Shown one piece after another: positions 9,887 to 19,954 of a DNA stretch of 64,000 nucleotides (the stretch's first letter is position 1; every line of letters starts with the position of its first letter). Made by a program: the position numbers and the translations under genes. This DNA comes from an uncultured virus (IMG/VR IMGVR_UViG_3300031773_001380) (taxonomy: Duplodnaviria; Heunggongvirae; Uroviricota; Caudoviricetes): IMG/VR virus record IMGVR_UViG_3300031773_001380. One strand, written 5' to 3'. The notes beneath the pieces are model-generated. The model worked only from the letters and a program-made list of their open reading frames with translations. It did no database searches and was not told the origin of the DNA.

Positions 9887-10077
9887 TACTTAGCCTTTTT
9901 GTTCTTAGAGCCTTTAGGACGGCCTCTCCTTTTAGGAGGAGTCCTGCCATCTTTGTAGGCTTCGTTTACACCTTTAGTGGATTTGTCGTCTGCTTTGTAA
10001 CGACCCTTGTTGTCTCTAGCTCTTTCTCCTGTAGGAGGACCAACTAGAAAGTCAATAAATTTGTTCCAAAAACTCAT
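9886..10077 (-). CDS. small basic AT-hook protein
   Basis: C-terminal PKRRGRPKGSKNKK. Confidence 0.7.
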   Translation of the reverse strand: MSFWNKFIDFLVGPPTGERARDNKGRYKADDKSTKGVNEAYKDGRTPPKRRGRPKGSKNKKAK

Positions 10078-10099
10078 AATTTACTCCATATTATATTCT

Positions 10100-10107
10100 T
10101 ATTTATA
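10100..10107 (-). promoter_or_regulatory. T4-type late promoter TATAAATA
   Basis: Exact box upstream of the AT-hook gene. Confidence 0.7.
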
Positions 10108-10112
10108 AGTTT

Positions 10113-10134
10113 AAAGGGGAGTCTCCCCCCCTTT
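10113..10134 (-). terminator. intrinsic terminator after porin gene
   Basis: G-rich stem, GAGA loop, CUCCCC followed by UUU. Confidence 0.55.
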
Positions 10135-10138
10135 TGGT

Positions 10139-10732
10139 TTAGAAGTTATAAGCTAAGCCTATAACTGATTCCTCTGAACCTAAATGTGCTAACAAATTAA
10201 CCTTACCAAAATCTTTCGATATGTTTAGGGCTTGATAGTCAGCTCCATTAATTGTTTCACCGTGCTCTAGAGCCAAATTCCAACCTTCTTTAGACATAAC
10301 ATCTACTGCTACACTAACGAATTCGTTATCTGAATTATCTAAATCACGATAGTATGTTACACTCATAATTCCTAATGTGCCACCAACATATACTTCTTCA
10401 ACAGAAGTGTTGTCGTCGCCATCGAAATTGTATTGAATTAAACCTACATCTATAGACACGAGATCAGTTAAACTTGTGCTATAGCCTCCGTAGAAATCAT
10501 ATTCTACATTTGCGTCATCGTTATAATCTACTTGTGATGCCCATGCACCAGCATAAAAGCCGTTATTAGAATATTCTAATCCTGCTGATAGTGCTGGGTT
10601 ACCATTGTTCTGTGATGCTCCTCTCCAAACATAGTCAGAACCTAAACCAATAGCTCCCGAAAAGTTTGTTGATGAGAATGCACTGAATGGTGCTAGACAT
10701 AACAACATAACAAAAAGTGATTTTTTTAACAT
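10139..10732 (-). CDS. TorF/Gcw_chp-family putative outer-membrane porin
   Basis: Signal peptide; SDYVWRGASQ..NPALSAG; GFYAGAWAS; EYDFYGGY; C-terminal YNF. Confidence 0.8.
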   Translation of the reverse strand: MLKKSLFVMLLCLAPFSAFSSTNFSGAIGLGSDYVWRGASQNNGNPALSAGLEYSNNGFYAGAWASQVDYNDDANVEYDFYGGYSTSLTDLVSIDVGLIQYNFDGDDNTSVEEVYVGGTLGIMSVTYYRDLDNSDNEFVSVAVDVMSKEGWNLALEHGETINGADYQALNISKDFGKVNLLAHLGSEESVIGLAYNF

Positions 10733-10746
10733 ATATACTTCCTTAT

Positions 10747-11637
10747 TTAAAAATCATCAATAATATCAATCAATCTATCCATCTTATTAGCAATAAAATA
10801 ATTCAAGAGTTGATTACGATTGCCTCCTAATTGGGAGACGTAACTATTTATAATAGCTTCTTTTATATCTTCAGGTGTTTTGGTTAAATCAATCAGCGTG
10901 CTATTTCTTGTATAACCATGTGCTGTTTCACCTGTTACAAATTCTTCTGGTGGTAATGTTTTCCATTTGTTTAATAAAACCTTACGGATAGGACGCTGTC
11001 TCTTACCCTCTACAAACACATCATCGTCTGATAACATGTTAGGTATGCCATCACCTTTATCACCTATAATTATATGTTCCAATAGAACTTGGTCTGCTGG
11101 TCCGTTTATCTTTACCCAACGCTTTTGTGCCGGTGCCCATTGCTTTACATTAGAAAACTTCTGTAACTGTTTAAAGTCATGGTCTCCTGATACAATTAGG
11201 AAAGGATCAGGTACAATCTCATCTGCAAACAACGGTCCTTCTTCACCTATTGTTTGACTATACTCTGCTAATGTACCTATTACATCATCTGCCTCTGCAC
11301 CATCTATATCTATAAGAGGGTAAGGTAAAAACTCTGCTATCTCATCTCGTATAAGATTTAATGCACCAAATATTTCATTCCAGTCCATACCACTAGATTC
11401 TCTAGTAGCCTTTCTACTTGCCTTATAATATGGATAGTACTGACGTCTCCAATAATGTCTGTTATCACATGCAATAACAATATCTCCAAACTCGTTACCC
11501 CACCTCTTCTTATAAGACCTAATAGTATTTAATACCATATGCCTAAGTAACGGTAGGTTAACCTGTGGGTCTTGTTTGCCTTTTATCTCTGCCATAAAAG
11601 AACCTATAGCAGTTTGATTATAATCTACTACTATCAT
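10747..11637 (-). CDS. rnh: T4-type RNase H / 5'-3' exonuclease
   Basis: YWRRQYYPYYKASRK, EADDVI, SGDHDFKQL and GDKGDGIPN motifs; ATGA-coupled start. Confidence 0.9.
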   Translation of the reverse strand: MIVVDYNQTAIGSFMAEIKGKQDPQVNLPLLRHMVLNTIRSYKKRWGNEFGDIVIACDNRHYWRRQYYPYYKASRKATRESSGMDWNEIFGALNLIRDEIAEFLPYPLIDIDGAEADDVIGTLAEYSQTIGEEGPLFADEIVPDPFLIVSGDHDFKQLQKFSNVKQWAPAQKRWVKINGPADQVLLEHIIIGDKGDGIPNMLSDDDVFVEGKRQRPIRKVLLNKWKTLPPEEFVTGETAHGYTRNSTLIDLTKTPEDIKEAIINSYVSQLGGNRNQLLNYFIANKMDRLIDIIDDF

Positions 11638-12314
11638 TTCAATAACTCCCATGTATGTTGCCAATCTTTAACTGCAAAAACTTGTTCAGAGTGTAATAAA
11701 CTAGCAATGGAATAGTCATTACCTGCAGGGTCTGTTCTATCTCCATAAAATTGAATAGTATCTTTATCAAAGTCTTTTAATATTTGTGATTTGTCTTTGC
11801 CTTTAGGAAATATATCTATTCCTGTCTCTCCACCTACATCTGCCTGTATGCTTGGGAAGATAGTATTTACTGACTCTGCAATTTTTTCTCGTTCTTTATG
11901 TTCACAGTCCCATTTGTAATATTCAGTTCTGGCACTATTATCTGCATAACGACCTACAACACTAAAGTTGCACATGCCTGTTCTGTGTTCAAAATGTAGT
12001 CCTGTTCTGTTAGGAAACTTACTCTCAGTTAATTCTACAGAAAGATACTCATGTAACATTTCAGGCATTATCCAAGGACTCTTTGATACATTCTCTGAAC
12101 CCTCATAAACATCATTGCCACTGCAATTATATACTCGTTTACAAGCATTATAAACACTATAACCTACTTGCTCTAATGTCTTTAGTCTATCACTACCTGT
12201 AACCAGATAGACATTATTCTTATTACAAAATTCCTTAAAGAACTCTCTAAACTCAGGATCAATATATCCTCTTGATGGTGTCAATGTGCCATCTACATCA
12301 AATATATGATTCAT
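11634..12314 (-). CDS. HAD-IIB phosphomannomutase-like enzyme
   Basis: FDVDGTLTPSR, VTGSD, EHRTGMCNFS, GGETGIDIFPKG and GDRTDPAGNDY motifs. Confidence 0.8.
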   Translation of the reverse strand: MNHIFDVDGTLTPSRGYIDPEFREFFKEFCNKNNVYLVTGSDRLKTLEQVGYSVYNACKRVYNCSGNDVYEGSENVSKSPWIMPEMLHEYLSVELTESKFPNRTGLHFEHRTGMCNFSVVGRYADNSARTEYYKWDCEHKEREKIAESVNTIFPSIQADVGGETGIDIFPKGKDKSQILKDFDKDTIQFYGDRTDPAGNDYSIASLLHSEQVFAVKDWQHTWELLK

Positions 12315-13426
12315 TACTGCACCTTTAATAATAACATATTAGGATTAATACGAGTCTTAACTTTCATTTGTTTGCCTCTTATCTTTCCTACTGTATCGTG
12401 TAAAGCATTCTTAGACTTTTTCATAATAAGTTTAAGTTGCTCATCTGGTTTACGCAAAGTCTTTTCATATGATACACTATCATCATAACCTGTAATAGAA
12501 GTACCATGAACACCTAGTCCACCATCACTCTTAGACTTGTATAGCCCTAGTCTACGGCGTTTCGCGTCATATACCCACACCTCGGTACTACCTAATATAT
12601 CTACAGGGTTTATAGACGCTATATTAAGCTCCTTATCTGCCTGTAAATGCCTTAGACGTGCCACTATTTTGCGTGGGTCTTGTGCTTTCTTACGTCTAAC
12701 AGGTGTCTTTCTTTGACTACCTTCTAGAAGTTTCATTTGTGCTTCTTCTAACCAAGCAATAAGCTTTCTAGTATTAGGTGTATTAATGTGAGAGTATCCT
12801 TCTACCAATTGTTCGTCCCATTCACTTCTATCTCTAATTTTACGAACTCTTGCAAGTTCATTAAACTCATCTAGAATGTTACTAATATCTTGGTGTGCTA
12901 CTGAAGCCTCTTCTTTGTTCAGTTTAACATTATTCACTAACTGTTCAGCAGTAGATACTTTTAAACCTTTAGATAGTTTATCAATTGCTTCATCTTGTGC
13001 TGAACACCATAAGTCTAGTTCTTGTCTAATAGGTACAACCTTTCGTTCTACTGTCTTAGCCTTTTCAGCCTGTTTCTTTTCTGCTGCTTTTAAGAAGTAA
13101 TCATACTTTTGATATATAAACTCTTCCATTCTTTCAGTCATATAACCTACTTTACTATGGAACCATGTATATTCGGATATTGATAAGTATGCCCAGTCTG
13201 GTGCTTCCAGAACTTTCTTCTTTTCTTCTTTAGTCCAAGTAGAATGTGTTTTAGTCCAATGACGGAATGAGTTATAACATTCCTTAGAACTTATTTCGTA
13301 ATGGATAAAGTACCAACAGTTATCCCATGCTGATTTTTTATCCTCATCAGTCTCAGCAAGTGAATGCTGAGCCCAGTTAGGTTCCTTAATAAGATAAGGA
13401 CTTCTTCGTTGTTTCTTTTTAGCCAT
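12314..13426 (-). CDS. conserved hypothetical T4-like phage protein
   Basis: 370 aa; C-terminal SINPVDILG...KTLRKP...RINPNMLLLKV domain; has its own promoter. Confidence 0.6.
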   Translation of the reverse strand: MAKKKQRRSPYLIKEPNWAQHSLAETDEDKKSAWDNCWYFIHYEISSKECYNSFRHWTKTHSTWTKEEKKKVLEAPDWAYLSISEYTWFHSKVGYMTERMEEFIYQKYDYFLKAAEKKQAEKAKTVERKVVPIRQELDLWCSAQDEAIDKLSKGLKVSTAEQLVNNVKLNKEEASVAHQDISNILDEFNELARVRKIRDRSEWDEQLVEGYSHINTPNTRKLIAWLEEAQMKLLEGSQRKTPVRRKKAQDPRKIVARLRHLQADKELNIASINPVDILGSTEVWVYDAKRRRLGLYKSKSDGGLGVHGTSITGYDDSVSYEKTLRKPDEQLKLIMKKSKNALHDTVGKIRGKQMKVKTRINPNMLLLKVQ

Positions 13427-13456
13427 AATAGGTCTTCCTTAAGTTTCATATTAGTA

Positions 13457-13485
13457 ATTATACGACCATACGAACTTAAGGTCAA
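13457..13485 (-). promoter_or_regulatory. sigma70-type early/middle promoter
   Basis: TTGACC-17 bp-TATAAT. Confidence 0.7.
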
Positions 13486-13501
13486 GAAGTAAGAGGACCA
13501 A

Positions 13502-13837
13502 TTATGATTGGTCTCTGGTCCAGGAGGTGTCGTTTTCGGGTCTATCTCTGTTTGGTCCTAGAGAAATCCATGATATGACTTTTTCAAATGTAACAATCCT
13601 CCAACCCTCTACCTCTATATCCCATACAACGAGTTGTCCAGGTTTAGAGTTACTTTTTAGATTGGTTGTTTCTGCCAGGTCATCTGGTTTTAATGTACAT
13701 CTCATTTCTCTGATACTTCCATCATTCTTTTGAAATGTAAACAAACCATAACCAACAGTTAAATGATCTACTACTCTTGTTCGCCATTCATCATTATTTC
13801 GTAAAGGCTCAAAGTCTTTATCTTCTATATTAGGCAT
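13502..13837 (-). CDS. SH3/Sm-like beta-barrel protein (WYL_2-like)
   Basis: FTFQKNDGSIREMRCTL...VWDIEVEGWR. Confidence 0.7.
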   Translation of the reverse strand: MPNIEDKDFEPLRNNDEWRTRVVDHLTVGYGLFTFQKNDGSIREMRCTLKPDDLAETTNLKSNSKPGQLVVWDIEVEGWRIVTFEKVISWISLGPNRDRPENDTSWTRDQS

Positions 13838-15236
13838 CTTTTTTATCCTTTAGTTTTTTATCTATTAACCACTGTAAATCTGCTTCCTTCTTAGGGTCCA
13901 TCGCAGACTCACTCCCATACTTATCGCTAACCCAATTCTCTTCGGGGTCGGGTTTAACGTCATGTAATTCATTTAATTCTTTTTCAACTTGTACATTAAC
14001 AAATTCTGGTTCTACTTTTTGTTCTGGTACAAGTTCTTCTTTTTTATAATCAACAATATCATCTTCTAAATGTACAGGTGTTATAATTTCACCTTTGCGT
14101 TCTTTTATACTTAGATTAGCTGCAATAACTAATACAATAGCAAGTGGGTCGAACACAAATATAAGCAATAATATTAATATAAGAACTGCTGAGTCTATAC
14201 TACTAGCAGAGTCGTCTCCATATATTAGTTGTGCTACATATTTAATAGGACCTACTTCTTTCTCTAAAGTTCTAACGACAGCTCTCTTATCAAATAATGA
14301 TTCATTGTATTGTTCTATTTGAATGTAAGCATCGTCTATTGTTTCCTGAATATTATCTATTTGTGCGTCTTTTGTACCTTGTGAAGATGTTTCTTGTTCT
14401 CGTAATCTGTTTATTTCAGAATTAGCACTGTCTATTGTTGCCTGTGTATCTGCTCTATATTGTGTTATTTGGTTACGATAACCTGCTATTTGTTGTTCAG
14501 CATATGCTCTTAACTCTTGTATTTGTTCGTCTATTAAAGTTCTTTGAGATGCTTGTTGTTCTCTAACTTCAATACCTTTTGCTACATTATCTGTACGACT
14601 AAAGGCATTTCCAGTAGTACCTTGGCTTGTATAAGATGCTACTATTGCGTCTAATTCCGTAAGTTCTTGCTGTTTTTGTGCTATATCTGTGTCTAAACTA
14701 GACCTAATAGACTCAATTTGTGTCTCGGCGTATGTTATATCACCTTGTACTCTATCCCAGGCCGTATCTCGTATCTCTTCCTGTTGTCGTATAGATTCAG
14801 TTACATCTAAGTTACCACCTGCTTCTATTCTATCTATTCTTTCCTCAGCAACCTCTATCTTATTTTGTTGTCTATCTATTAACTGTTCAACCCTTTGAAC
14901 CTCAGCAAAAGCATCTCCTGTATTAGCAGACTGTTCTATATGTGCTTTAGATAAGAACCCAAAGATCCCTATAGACGTGATTATTGACAGTACTATTACT
15001 GCTGTAACCATATAAGTTTTCATTAAGAACTTAACCCTGGACCAATATTGGTATATCCAAGAGGCAGTAACGAGTTTTGCAATCTCTAAAACAATACCCA
15101 TCCACAGAATAGACAATGGCAAACCATTAAATATTGCCATCAATCCTACAATAGAAAAGTATGCAGCTACTGCTGAAACAGCAAGTGCTGAAAACAATAA
15201 ACCTATTATAAAGGTTAAACTTCTAGTTTCTAACAT
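13830..15236 (-). CDS. membrane-anchored coiled-coil protein
   Basis: Three N-terminal TM helices, long Q/E-rich coiled coil, GPIKYVA and IFVFDPLA TM segment. Confidence 0.65.
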   Translation of the reverse strand: MLETRSLTFIIGLLFSALAVSAVAAYFSIVGLMAIFNGLPLSILWMGIVLEIAKLVTASWIYQYWSRVKFLMKTYMVTAVIVLSIITSIGIFGFLSKAHIEQSANTGDAFAEVQRVEQLIDRQQNKIEVAEERIDRIEAGGNLDVTESIRQQEEIRDTAWDRVQGDITYAETQIESIRSSLDTDIAQKQQELTELDAIVASYTSQGTTGNAFSRTDNVAKGIEVREQQASQRTLIDEQIQELRAYAEQQIAGYRNQITQYRADTQATIDSANSEINRLREQETSSQGTKDAQIDNIQETIDDAYIQIEQYNESLFDKRAVVRTLEKEVGPIKYVAQLIYGDDSASSIDSAVLILILLLIFVFDPLAIVLVIAANLSIKERKGEIITPVHLEDDIVDYKKEELVPEQKVEPEFVNVQVEKELNELHDVKPDPEENWVSDKYGSESAMDPKKEADLQWLIDKKLKDKKDA

Positions 15237-15588
15237 TTGGACTCCATTCAATCTCTTTAAACTCTTTTAAATGACTTGCTCTTAATCTTACATGTAGCAT
15301 ATCATTAACACAATTAGGGTCATTTCTTTGTTGCCATTGCAATAAAAATTCCTGTATCTTTGCAGGTGCTCTACTTGGATATTCTGCTATAACTTCCTTA
15401 TCTAATATCTCATCCACTGGTTGACCTACATGTCTAGCATTTTCCTGTAGATAGTTTTTAACAAGAGATGAGCTTCCAAAATACTTTTCAAACTGTTTAT
15501 CAGTTTTACATGAATACCCTATATAATATCTTCCATCTGGGAAGTAAGTGCAATATACTCTGTGCGTTTTAGGTTGTTTCTTTGCCAT
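15223..15588 (-). CDS. stand-alone GIY-YIG nuclease domain (Seg-like)
   Basis: RVYCT...RYYIG...YFGSS...E...N; no DNA-binding tail. Confidence 0.7.
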   Translation of the reverse strand: MAKKQPKTHRVYCTYFPDGRYYIGYSCKTDKQFEKYFGSSSLVKNYLQENARHVGQPVDEILDKEVIAEYPSRAPAKIQEFLLQWQQRNDPNCVNDMLHVRLRASHLKEFKEIEWSPNVRN

Positions 15589-15593
15589 AGTAG

Positions 15594-15601
15594 TATTTAT
15601 A
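15594..15601 (-). promoter_or_regulatory. T4-type late promoter TATAAATA
   Basis: Exact box 5 nt before ATG. Confidence 0.7.
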
Positions 15602-16382
15602 TGTCTTTATATGCCTTTACAAATTTTGGTGAGATATACTCTCTGTGTACTAAAGGTCCAGGGTGCATGTTATCCCTTGCCAACATTGAATTATCAGTAG
15701 TACCATCACCCATGACATGTTTAATTTGAGACCAGTGGCGTGGTAACCCATCACTAACCTCTACCAATATAATTTTTGTTTCTCTACAAACATGGAACAT
15801 AGCAGCAAGATGTGCCTGTTTAAATAGGGTAACATTATCTTCTGATTCATTAGACACTTCAAAATAGTTTTTTAATTTAGGTTTCTTTTGCCAAATTCCT
15901 GCAACATCAGGACCATAACCATTGTTGTTAGAGCATCCTTGGTAGTGCCACAATTCTCTCCTACTACGATCTGGTATAAACCACATCACAACCTTAGGTT
16001 TTATAATAGGTACCCATTCGGCAGCTGCTCTATAACATGACTGAATACTACCTCCAGGTTGTGCTATGTTTATAGGATTCAAACCTAATTCTTTTGCAAC
16101 ATAATAAGGCCATGTCTGTTCATAGTTTACACCTATGCCAAATGTATTACTACAACCTAAAGCAACCAAACCATTTTTATCCTCACAAAATTCTTCATGA
16201 TGTCTAAAACCATAGCTGTTAAGTTTATATGATACATTATTTTCAGTCCAACCGTTTTTTTCAGATAAATGTTTTATCTTATGCCAATTTTCTTTTGTAT
16301 CAGTAGGGCACCATAGACTTTCATTAGTCTTCCATTTTGATGTAATTCGCCAATGTGTATAATTATATTTAAACTTCTCCAT
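15597..16382 (-). CDS. SGNH/GDSL-like protein
   Basis: NSYGFR, ALGCSNTFG, NIAQPGGS and ARDNMHPG (DxxH) motifs. Confidence 0.6.
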   Translation of the reverse strand: MEKFKYNYTHWRITSKWKTNESLWCPTDTKENWHKIKHLSEKNGWTENNVSYKLNSYGFRHHEEFCEDKNGLVALGCSNTFGIGVNYEQTWPYYVAKELGLNPINIAQPGGSIQSCYRAAAEWVPIIKPKVVMWFIPDRSRRELWHYQGCSNNNGYGPDVAGIWQKKPKLKNYFEVSNESEDNVTLFKQAHLAAMFHVCRETKIILVEVSDGLPRHWSQIKHVMGDGTTDNSMLARDNMHPGPLVHREYISPKFVKAYKDI

Positions 16383-17517
16383 TTAAAAGCTCCCACATTT
16401 CTGGATTATAGTCTTTAAAATGTTTCTTATGATATTTGTCTACTGATTTTACTTCACTAAAAAAGTAAGGCAAAAGATCTTGTGGTTCAGATGAAAATAA
16501 ATGTTCTTCTATTTTTTTAGTTACACCTATATCTATTAACTTCTCTTTTATATTGTTAGGAAGATGTCTTATATCTTGATGTGCAGGATACCTAAGGATA
16601 TCCTCAAAATGATGACCAACTAAAGTTTGAATATATTTTTGTAATTCAATTGTTTTATTTACATTAAAAATACTAATAACACTATTCACTTGAACATGAA
16701 AACGATCATGTGTATAAGAAAATTTTAACATTGACACTAGATTATTCCTTACAGTTTCCCAATTAGAATGTGTACGGATATATTCTCCTAACTCACCTAT
16801 AGCATCAATACTAACATACATCATTACCTCTTTACATTTACCTAACAAATCCTTCCAATCATCTGTAAGTGGATTCATTAAATTTGTTATAACTATTAAA
16901 CTCATATGTTCTAATTGTCCTAAAGAATCTAAGTGTTTTAATAATGCAACATTATCTTTAAGAAACATGGGCTCACCTCCCATAAGTTTTAAAGATGTTA
17001 AATGGCTTAAATCTATTTTTCTCCAATCAGGATATACCCAATTAAAGTCTTTTTGGTAATAGCCGAATGAACTTTCTTCTTTTAAATATTTTTCAACTGG
17101 TAACCATCTGCTTGAGAAACCTGAATTGCATGTTCTACAAGCTAGGTTACATACATTACTGGGTGTTATTTCTAAAAATCTTAACTTCTTTTCTTTGTAG
17201 GAACCGTCCTCAATTAAATGTTTAAACTCTTGATTCTTTCCTTGTCTATAACTTTGTTCTCCTACACTTTCATCTTTCCAACATCTTGAACAGCCTTTGC
17301 TCTTTATACCTGATGATAATTCCTCTTGTACTTTTTTAAAGAGTTTAGAATCTTCTATGGGTTTATAAGTACCAAATGTTTCATGGCCTTCATAACCATC
17401 ATATCTACAACATGGTTTAATATTACTTAATGCTGTGCCGTCGGGATAATCCTCATTAACATCATACGGATTAAAAACCGCATGTATATATGGTAGAATG
17501 CAGAAAGTATCTGACAT
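16369..17517 (-). CDS. SPASM/twitch-domain radical SAM protein
   Basis: FCILPY, KPCC, CSRCW, SNVCNLACRTC and MGGEP motifs. Confidence 0.85.
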   Translation of the reverse strand: MSDTFCILPYIHAVFNPYDVNEDYPDGTALSNIKPCCRYDGYEGHETFGTYKPIEDSKLFKKVQEELSSGIKSKGCSRCWKDESVGEQSYRQGKNQEFKHLIEDGSYKEKKLRFLEITPSNVCNLACRTCNSGFSSRWLPVEKYLKEESSFGYYQKDFNWVYPDWRKIDLSHLTSLKLMGGEPMFLKDNVALLKHLDSLGQLEHMSLIVITNLMNPLTDDWKDLLGKCKEVMMYVSIDAIGELGEYIRTHSNWETVRNNLVSMLKFSYTHDRFHVQVNSVISIFNVNKTIELQKYIQTLVGHHFEDILRYPAHQDIRHLPNNIKEKLIDIGVTKKIEEHLFSSEPQDLLPYFFSEVKSVDKYHKKHFKDYNPEMWELLNGEV

Positions 17518-17519
17518 AC

Positions 17520-17894
17520 TTAATGCTTCCTTCCTCCATCAAAAACACAAATAAAAGATAACATTCCTTCTGAATCGTTTATAACTTGATGAAACTTGCC
17601 GTCTTCTATTAAAACTATATCACCTTCATCAACTCTAAAATTCTTGTTTATTGTAAGTATATCAGAGTCTCCAGGTATTAGTCCATAGTCTCCCAACAAC
17701 ATTCTACCATTACCACCAGTAAATATATAAACTTCTTCTTGTCCTTTGTGATTGTGTCCTGATGTTTGTCTTCCAGGATTAAGATCAGTGCTGCTTAGTA
17801 CTAAGTTTTCTAAATGTGAGTTGTCTTTAACAACATATCTCTCATCATTCTTAACTATGTATCCACCTATATCTTTTGTATTCACTTTAACCAT
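17520..17894 (-). CDS. cupin-domain protein
   Basis: TSGHNHKGQEEVYIF...GKFHQV. Confidence 0.8.
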   Translation of the reverse strand: MVKVNTKDIGGYIVKNDERYVVKDNSHLENLVLSSTDLNPGRQTSGHNHKGQEEVYIFTGGNGRMLLGDYGLIPGDSDILTINKNFRVDEGDIVLIEDGKFHQVINDSEGMLSFICVFDGGRKH

Positions 17895-18072
17895 TTTGAT
17901 TAAACTCCTCTTCATATGGGTCTACAAACTCAAATGTTTCTTCATCTTCAAGTTCGTTACCACAAAAAGGACAAAACTCAATATTATAATATTGAGGGTC
18001 TAACTCATGTGAGACTTCAAATACAGCATCACATGAAACACATTCTTTTCTTTTCTTTAATTTATCAACCAT
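17887..18072 (-). CDS. small Zn-ribbon protein
   Basis: CVSC...FCPFCG with acidic tail. Confidence 0.65.
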   Translation of the reverse strand: MVDKLKKRKECVSCDAVFEVSHELDPQYYNIEFCPFCGNELEDEETFEFVDPYEEEFNQNG

Positions 18073-18974
18073 TTGTTTTTTATCTCGTAGTATAGTTCTA
18101 AATGCCAATCGGCACCTGGGTGCATACCATCCCTTGCATGTGGTTTCTTAAAGTCTTTCCATGGTTCGCCTTGTGTAAGTCTACTATATACCTGTTCCAT
18201 ATTATTATCTGCATTCCAAGTATAAGGATTTGGTTTACATAAAACATTTTCGTTAGGTGAAATAGAATTATATAGTGGTGATTCGTCCTGTATATTATCA
18301 GGTACCGTACTATTATGATCTAACCAATATAAATCTATATCATATGACTTACATATATTTTTTATATTTTCAATAGCTACAGCATTTTGCCATTTATCTG
18401 CCTCAATGTCTCTTCGACCATCTAGGAACTCTCCATAAGCTGGATTAGTATCTAATGCCTTTACCCACGGTCCTAAGTTTCTAACAATAGTATCACTCTT
18501 TATTGTATAATTGTATGTTGTTATTGGTAATGAAACTATAAGAAACCTTGGTGCTGGAAATAATCGTAAGTAAGTACCTAAGTTATACGCTATTGTAGTT
18601 GTATCTATTCCCGCTAATGCTGTATTGTATATAGGATTATTAAAATGTCTCCACCACAAATCATTTAAAAACATACCGGAACCTTCTGTAATAGAACTTC
18701 CTGTAACTAAACCATATCCTGGAATTCCGTGTTGTTGGGATTGATTTCTAAATCCGTTCTCATCATATTGATATGTTAATTCGGTATCTGAATTGTAGTA
18801 ATACCATTCCTCTCCAATTATCTCTTTTATTTTCTTAAACCATTCTTCACTTTCAATATTTTGCCATTGCCATTCAGAGCCTGGTTCTACATTTCTACTA
18901 ACTAAGCCATTATCATGTAATACTAATAAATCATTTGGGTGGCGTCTCCACGCTACCTTAGTTTGGTCATTCAT
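18057..18974 (-). CDS. SGNH/GDSL-like protein
   Basis: ENGFR, TGSSITEG, NTALAG and ARDGMHPG; paralog of 15597..16382. Confidence 0.55.
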   Translation of the reverse strand: MNDQTKVAWRRHPNDLLVLHDNGLVSRNVEPGSEWQWQNIESEEWFKKIKEIIGEEWYYYNSDTELTYQYDENGFRNQSQQHGIPGYGLVTGSSITEGSGMFLNDLWWRHFNNPIYNTALAGIDTTTIAYNLGTYLRLFPAPRFLIVSLPITTYNYTIKSDTIVRNLGPWVKALDTNPAYGEFLDGRRDIEADKWQNAVAIENIKNICKSYDIDLYWLDHNSTVPDNIQDESPLYNSISPNENVLCKPNPYTWNADNNMEQVYSRLTQGEPWKDFKKPHARDGMHPGADWHLELYYEIKNKWLIN

Positions 18975-19954
18975 GCCCATACCTCTTCCCATTCACCTTG
19001 AAGAGCACCTCTGGCATAGTCGGTTGCTCTATTCTCAAAAAAGTTAGTATGAGTAGGAGCGTTAATCATCTCTTCTACCCATATTAACGGGTTTCTTTTT
19101 ACTTTAAAGATTCCCTTCATTCCCATACTTATAAGCCTTCTATCTGCAATATATCTGATATATTTTTTAACATCATCTGCTTCTAAATTTTCCATAGGTC
19201 CCATAGCAAAACATGTGTCAATGAACTGCTCTTCTAAGTCTACCATCTTCTCTGCAATGTCGTATATGTCTTTCTTTAACTTGTCTTTCCACAAGTGTCT
19301 ATTCTCTCTTATGTAAGTCTTAAATAACTGTATCATAGATTCTGCGTGCATTGTTTCATCAACAATAGACCATGTAATAATTTGCCCCATACCTTTCATT
19401 TTGCCATGACGAGGAAAGTTTAATAGCATTATAAAAGATGAAAATAACTGCATGCCTTCTGTAAATGCTGAGAATGCTGCTATATTTGTAGCTACTGATT
19501 CCTCTGTTCCATTTGCACCTGCAAGTTTCATAAAGTATTCATGTTTTTCTACCATCGTTTGATACTCTAAGAACTCACTATAGGTAGACTCAGGCATACC
19601 TAAAGTTTCTATTAAATGTGCATAGGCAGCAACATGAAGTGCCTCCCTAGCAGCAAATCCTGATAACATCATACGAACTTCTGGTTGTGGAAAATAAGGT
19701 AGATAGTTATTTACATAACCACCTGCTACATCAATATCACCCTGCACAAAAAATCTAAATATATTTGTTAAAAATGCTTTCTCTGGATCTGATAGTTTTT
19801 CTTTCCAATCCTTTACGTCTTCTGCCATTGGTACTTCTGTATGTAACCAATGAGATTGCTCATGTTTTAACCACGCATCATATGCCCATGGATAACTGAA
19901 CGGTTTAAAATATTCCCTCTCTTCCGTTAATCTCGGTTTCCTTGCTCTAGCCAT
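18971..19954 (-). CDS. nrdB: ribonucleotide reductase class I beta subunit
   Basis: FFVQGD, EALH..AY, EGMQLF, DETMH and NFFENR motifs. Confidence 0.95.
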   Translation of the reverse strand: MARARKPRLTEEREYFKPFSYPWAYDAWLKHEQSHWLHTEVPMAEDVKDWKEKLSDPEKAFLTNIFRFFVQGDIDVAGGYVNNYLPYFPQPEVRMMLSGFAAREALHVAAYAHLIETLGMPESTYSEFLEYQTMVEKHEYFMKLAGANGTEESVATNIAAFSAFTEGMQLFSSFIMLLNFPRHGKMKGMGQIITWSIVDETMHAESMIQLFKTYIRENRHLWKDKLKKDIYDIAEKMVDLEEQFIDTCFAMGPMENLEADDVKKYIRYIADRRLISMGMKGIFKVKRNPLIWVEEMINAPTHTNFFENRATDYARGALQGEWEEVWA

